From Amoebophrya sp. A120 (Eukaryota; Protista; Dinoflagellata), in the NCBI GenBank assembly GCA_905178155.1, contig CAJINV010000010.1:3430587-3494586 (forward strand): a stretch of DNA of 64,000 bases, read 5' to 3'. Positions within the stretch are counted from its first letter, which is position 1; every line of letters starts with the position of its first letter. Of this stretch, positions 59,852 to 64,000 are shown in pieces. Under the pieces are notes generated by a model. That model made no database searches. It saw only the letters and a program-made list of their open reading frames with translations, and was not told the origin of the DNA. Position numbers and translations under genes: made by a program.

Positions 59852-62800
59852 CTACGGGCGGGTGCTGTGGTCCTCGTTTTTGCTCAGGATAAACGACCCC
59901 ATGGCGGCGCCGCTGCCGTCCCGGAGAATTCCGTCAGCCGGAAAGTTCACGGTGCCGCCTCCCGCACGGGTAGCGGTTCTTGCTCCAGTCCTAGCTGCAC
60001 CATCGCCGCCAAGATCTCCCGTCGAAGTCGTTGTGATTATTTCCGCGTGGCCCTCAAAGTGCGTGGTCACCGCGTCTTGCAGCTGATGAATCATGGCTTC
60101 CACGTCGATCTCATTTGCTCGTCCCGCCAAGGCGGACGAGTTAATATCTTGCGTCGCGTCTAGGACAGGGGTCTGTAGTTGTCCTAGATTCAGTTTCGCC
60201 TTCTCCAGCGAGTCAGTGTTGTTCATCAGCATTCGGGTTAACCCTATCGCACGGAAAAACTAATGCTTCACATTCTACACGAGTAACAATGCCGTTTCTT
60301 GGTGTCCTTGCATCGGTATTAAGTATAGCAAGGCAACCAGGTCGTTGTGTGCTCTAAAAAATTTTCCGCATCACAACAAGTGCAACAATGTCAACAGCAC
60401 AGTTTTGTCGTGCGATACACTCAGACAGTTTTTTGATCGTCGCATTTTTCCCTTTGATCACACCCTTCAGCTGCTATCGTATGGAAAAGCCGATAGTGCC
60501 CCCGCCCTATAGTGGTCACGATGATCGAAAAGGAAAACTCCGCCGACGGCGCACAAACACCAGTAGGAAGACAAACTCTCGGTCTCCTCATGGTGCTCCT
60601 GCGCATGAGAAATTTGCATGACAAACGTGAGATGATACATATGGGTTGCACCATCGGTTTTCACGAAGCATAGCTCCTTCGTTTTCTTCGACAGGTTAGC
60701 CAGCTCCGCCTGATATTATGTGTAATCAGTTGATCTTCGATACAGTTGCAATTCCATTTTTAGTATTCGTGAAGATGATCATGCAGCTCTTAGACACTAC
60801 CAGACCACTACTTCTACTTCACGAATCTTTTACTTGTTACAACAAGAAACAGAAGGCTGCACAGGTGCTGGCATCAAGGCAGTATCAACATGGCGTAAGT
60901 ACTTACAACTAGCGTGTGAATCTTCATGCGTCGTCCTGTGGACGAGCACGAGTGACTATGAATCTATACCGCGTTGTCTGCAGCCACGTCGTCGATTGAG
61001 CTCCTAACGACGCCCAGTTCGGCTTTCATTTTTTCTTCTTTCAATTCTAAGCGGTCAATCTTCAAGCGCTATGCACTGCAAATAAGTACTGATCTGAGCG
61101 TAGTTCTCCTTCACCTGGCTTCCGAAGGCTTATTTTGCCGAGCATGCTTCGCAGGTTTTTTCCCAAACTGCTTGTGTCCAACTCCATCCCTATCGTCCCG
61201 CATGAGACGTACTTTCTTAATGTGACGAAAATTGGACAGATGCTGTTCATGCAATACAGATTGTAAAAAATAAGTTCGCATGACAAGTTGCAGTTGTAAG
61301 TTCCAGATGATGTGGACTTGTTCCCAGAGGACAGTAAAACTTGCAATGCATAAATCCTTTTCCCGGCACATTTCCTCCATCTCTAGCAAAGCCTTTTTCA
61401 ATTGCTGAATTTCGGCCTTTTGCTTCTCGATTTCTACCTGTTGCTCCAAAATCTTGTCCTGTTTCTCTTGGACCAAAGCGTCTTTTTCCGAAACCTCGAA
61501 GTTCAGTTTCGTGATGGCTAGCGACTCCCGGTCTTTTTTCGATTCCTTCCCTTGCACGCTCGTTCGGTCGTGTTCCAGCTTTTCTTGTCGCAGGTTCTTG
61601 ATTTCGTTTTCTAGTCGAGGGATTTCTTGCTCATACTTTCGCAGCTGCTCGATCAGGGCAACGTCTGCTTTTATCGAATGCAAATATGTCTGGGTCTGTC
61701 ATGCTGAATGGTCATGATTGAGTGCGCCTGTACTGTTTTGTGTGCAGTGAAGCATGACAAATTCTTCAAACACTTTTTCATGGGTAAACACGCACTACAA
61801 AATCAGATATTGCATGACGAAAATGTGGTGCTTGTTTTGCTGCTCATGCAATACAGATCTATGAGGAATGCGAGACACGCAATACAGGTTCAACCTTTCC
61901 AGACGAGCCAGACATATTTGCAATGCATAGCTTTACTGTTTTGCTGAAACGGAAAAGTTGAACTGTCAAAAGAAACCGACGCTTTGTTCAGTGTGGTGGC
62001 CCGCGCGAAGCTGACCCGGCTGTCTGCGTGGTTCAATTCCGCCTCTTCTAGCATCTTCTCCAGCTTTTTGATCTGCAGCTGATACCTCTCTTGCAACTTC
62101 TTCATCTCTTGTCGGGCTTCCTCCTTGACCTGCTATCAAAATGAAAAATCCCCCCTCCCCATATCAGAACGAAAATCTGTAATGCAGATTTGTGATCACA
62201 AATCAGCTTTGTCATGCTAGAAGGGAAAAAATATATGCGAACTGTAGTGCTGGGTGGCGTGGAAAGCAGGCCTTGCATCTTCAGCATGACAAGAGGCAGC
62301 TGGACGTGGGAAACAGCATGACAAATTGCCTGTAAACGAGGCCACGACTGCGCCTATATGCCTTCTAGCAATACAAGTCGACTTGTGTACTCAAAAACAG
62401 CATCACAAAATTCGTTTTCGATACGGGAAGGGGGACTTTTTCCTCACAATACCTGCTTCTCGAAATTTTTTTCCCGCAGTTCCCGCGCCGACCCGGTGGT
62501 CGGCGGACTCTGCTGCCGTGCGGTCTTTATGCATTGCAAATATGTCTGGGTCTGGGAGATTGGGAGATGACTTGTCATGCAGGTTTTCCCCTGGCGTGCA
62601 GGACATAGCATAACGTCTGGCGTGCAGGACATAGCATGACAGATTCTGTGAGATCTTTCTCAAACCTAGCCCGCATCCGAAACTTCCTCGCTAGGTGGTC
62701 AAAAGTGGACCACAACTTTTGGTACTAACCATGCAACACAGATTTTTTTTTTTCACAGTCCAGCCTTAGCATGACAAGTTACAACCTTCCAAACCACCCA

Positions 62801-64000
62801 GACATATTTGCATTTTATAGTCTTTCCGTCTTTCACCTCCAAGGCCTGCAGCTTCTGGTTCATCAGGATCAGATCGTTCCCGAGCGACCAATTCTTGTGC
62901 TTCAGATCCGCGTTCACTCGTTCCAGGGAATCCCGGCTGTGGGCCGTAGTTTTTAATTCCTTCTCCAATTTTTCCTGTGCGAACTTCAACTCTTGCAGCT
63001 TTTCCTTGTACTTCTGTTCGACCGAGTCCTTCCACGACTTATCTTTCATTAAATTATGCAAGAAAAAAACTGTGTGAGTGTAACTTTGTCTTGCAGATGT
63101 TGCGCTACAGTTACACTTGTTATGCTGGATATGCTTTAGAAGCTATTTTGATACTTACGTGTTTAGTTTTCGCGTACTAGCGACGCATGACAGGTTTTCT
63201 CTGTCACGCAAAACAAATCTGTCATGCTGTTCCTGCCAAAAAGTTACACTTACACACTTTTTTTCTTGCGATACAAATCGCCCGCCCCCCAGTACGCCAG
63301 CTCCTCCTTGCACTGCCGAATGGTCTGCAGGGCCACCTGGATGTCCCGCAGCATCTGCTCGTGAGACGTTCCTTTCGTCAAGCTCGTGACGCTGGTGCTG
63401 GGAGACAGCAACGCCGCGGATATGACAGTGCACAACTCCCCCTCCCCCTCATTTGTGTAGCATGAACGGCACTGCAAGCCACAGCCAGAATGCACGTTTT
63501 GCATCACAAATTTGCATAGGATTGTAGTGCTCTTTGGGCTGCCAGAACTTGTCATGCAAACGCTGCTCAGAGGCACGGACTGCATTGGGCATTTTGCATG
63601 ACAAATGAGGGGGAGGGGGAGTTGTGCACATTCATAGCGGAGTTGCCGGACTGAAAAGACGTCGTGGACAATTTCGACCCCAGCCTCTTATATCAAATGC
63701 AAATATGTCTGGGTCTGAAATAAACTTGTGATGCTGGGTGGCGAGTCCTGAGGACGCCACAAGTGATGGCTCAGCATGCCAAGTTTCTGACTTGCTAGGT
63801 GTTGCGTATTGTGCATGACAGACCGCGTTTCGGCATGACAGAACAGTGGGGCTCTTGGGTACTAACGAGCATGACAGACTTTGGAGTCATGCTAGCAGAG
63901 CATGACAGATCTTCCATTCTTCCAGACCCAGACCTTTTTGCAATCCATATCGCAGGGGACAACGATCCCCCACCCGTCGCCGTCCTTGGGTGCTGCTGAA
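59852..64000 (-). CDS. Coiled-coil protein; 5' part lies beyond the window and the 3' exon structure is tentative
   Basis: E/K/Q-rich heptad-like exons (KYKEKLQELKFAQEKLEKEL, EIEKQKAEIQQLKKALLEME) separated by 7 introners. Confidence 0.72.
61070..61352. mobile_element. Eroded introner
   Basis: TATGCA.TGCAA ends; direct repeat lost; frame restored (EKD|LKIDRL). Confidence 0.75.
61672..61929. mobile_element. Introner family A
   Basis: Direct repeat GCTTT. Confidence 0.9.
62134..62451. mobile_element. Introner family I
   Basis: Direct repeat CCTGC. Confidence 0.9.
62528..62819. mobile_element. Introner family A
   Basis: Direct repeat GTCTT. Confidence 0.9.
63055..63273. mobile_element. Introner family D-like
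   Basis: TIR core AAGAAAAAAA.TGTGT.AGTGTAAC; flanks TAAAT/CAAAT. Confidence 0.88.
63421..63636. mobile_element. Introner family F
   Basis: Direct repeat GCGGA. Confidence 0.92.
63691..63949. mobile_element. Introner family A
   Basis: TIR; flanks TCTTA/TCGCA. Confidence 0.88.

Noticed and set aside
757-63949. Assignment to a named transposon superfamily
   Set aside because: No transposase is in the window, and TAT ends with 5-bp duplications are not diagnostic for a superfamily I can name confidently
2574-63999. Short ORFs sharing IKCKNVWVWK, FQTQTFLHLI or LPDPDIF as a peptide family
   Set aside because: These are translations of the family A TIR in different frames

Overview
Eukaryotic, intron-rich DNA. 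All ten protein-coding genes I could reconstruct lie on the minus strand: a PPR protein, an NSUN2/Trm4-type RNA m5C methyltransferase, a TM9SF/EMP70 nonaspanin, an Mps1/TTK-like kinase, a coiled-coil protein and five unknown proteins. The dominant feature is about 65 short (about 140-360 bp) non-coding elements from about 12 families (my labels A-L). Nearly all begin TAT, end ATA, carry terminal inverted repeats (TIRs) and are flanked by a 5-bp direct repeat. Almost all sit inside coding sequence, and removing the element plus 5 nt restored the reading frame at every junction I translated. They are therefore transposon-derived non-canonical introns (introners), as described for the parasitic dinoflagellate Amoebophrya (Syndiniales); the organism is my inference. 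Beyond that known picture the window shows: (1) a 5.9-kb foldback-like element with about 1-kb TIRs and a 256-bp satellite core, nested inside an introner and sharing TIR tips with a 171-bp introner family; (2) nested and same-site tandem introners, one implying a zero-length exon; (3) a fixed -1/+4 splice register with a continuum from TIR elements to GT-AG introns; (4) a 9-mer motif shared by unrelated families and by canonical introns. Coordinates were counted by hand, and splicing is inferred from frame restoration, not from transcripts.
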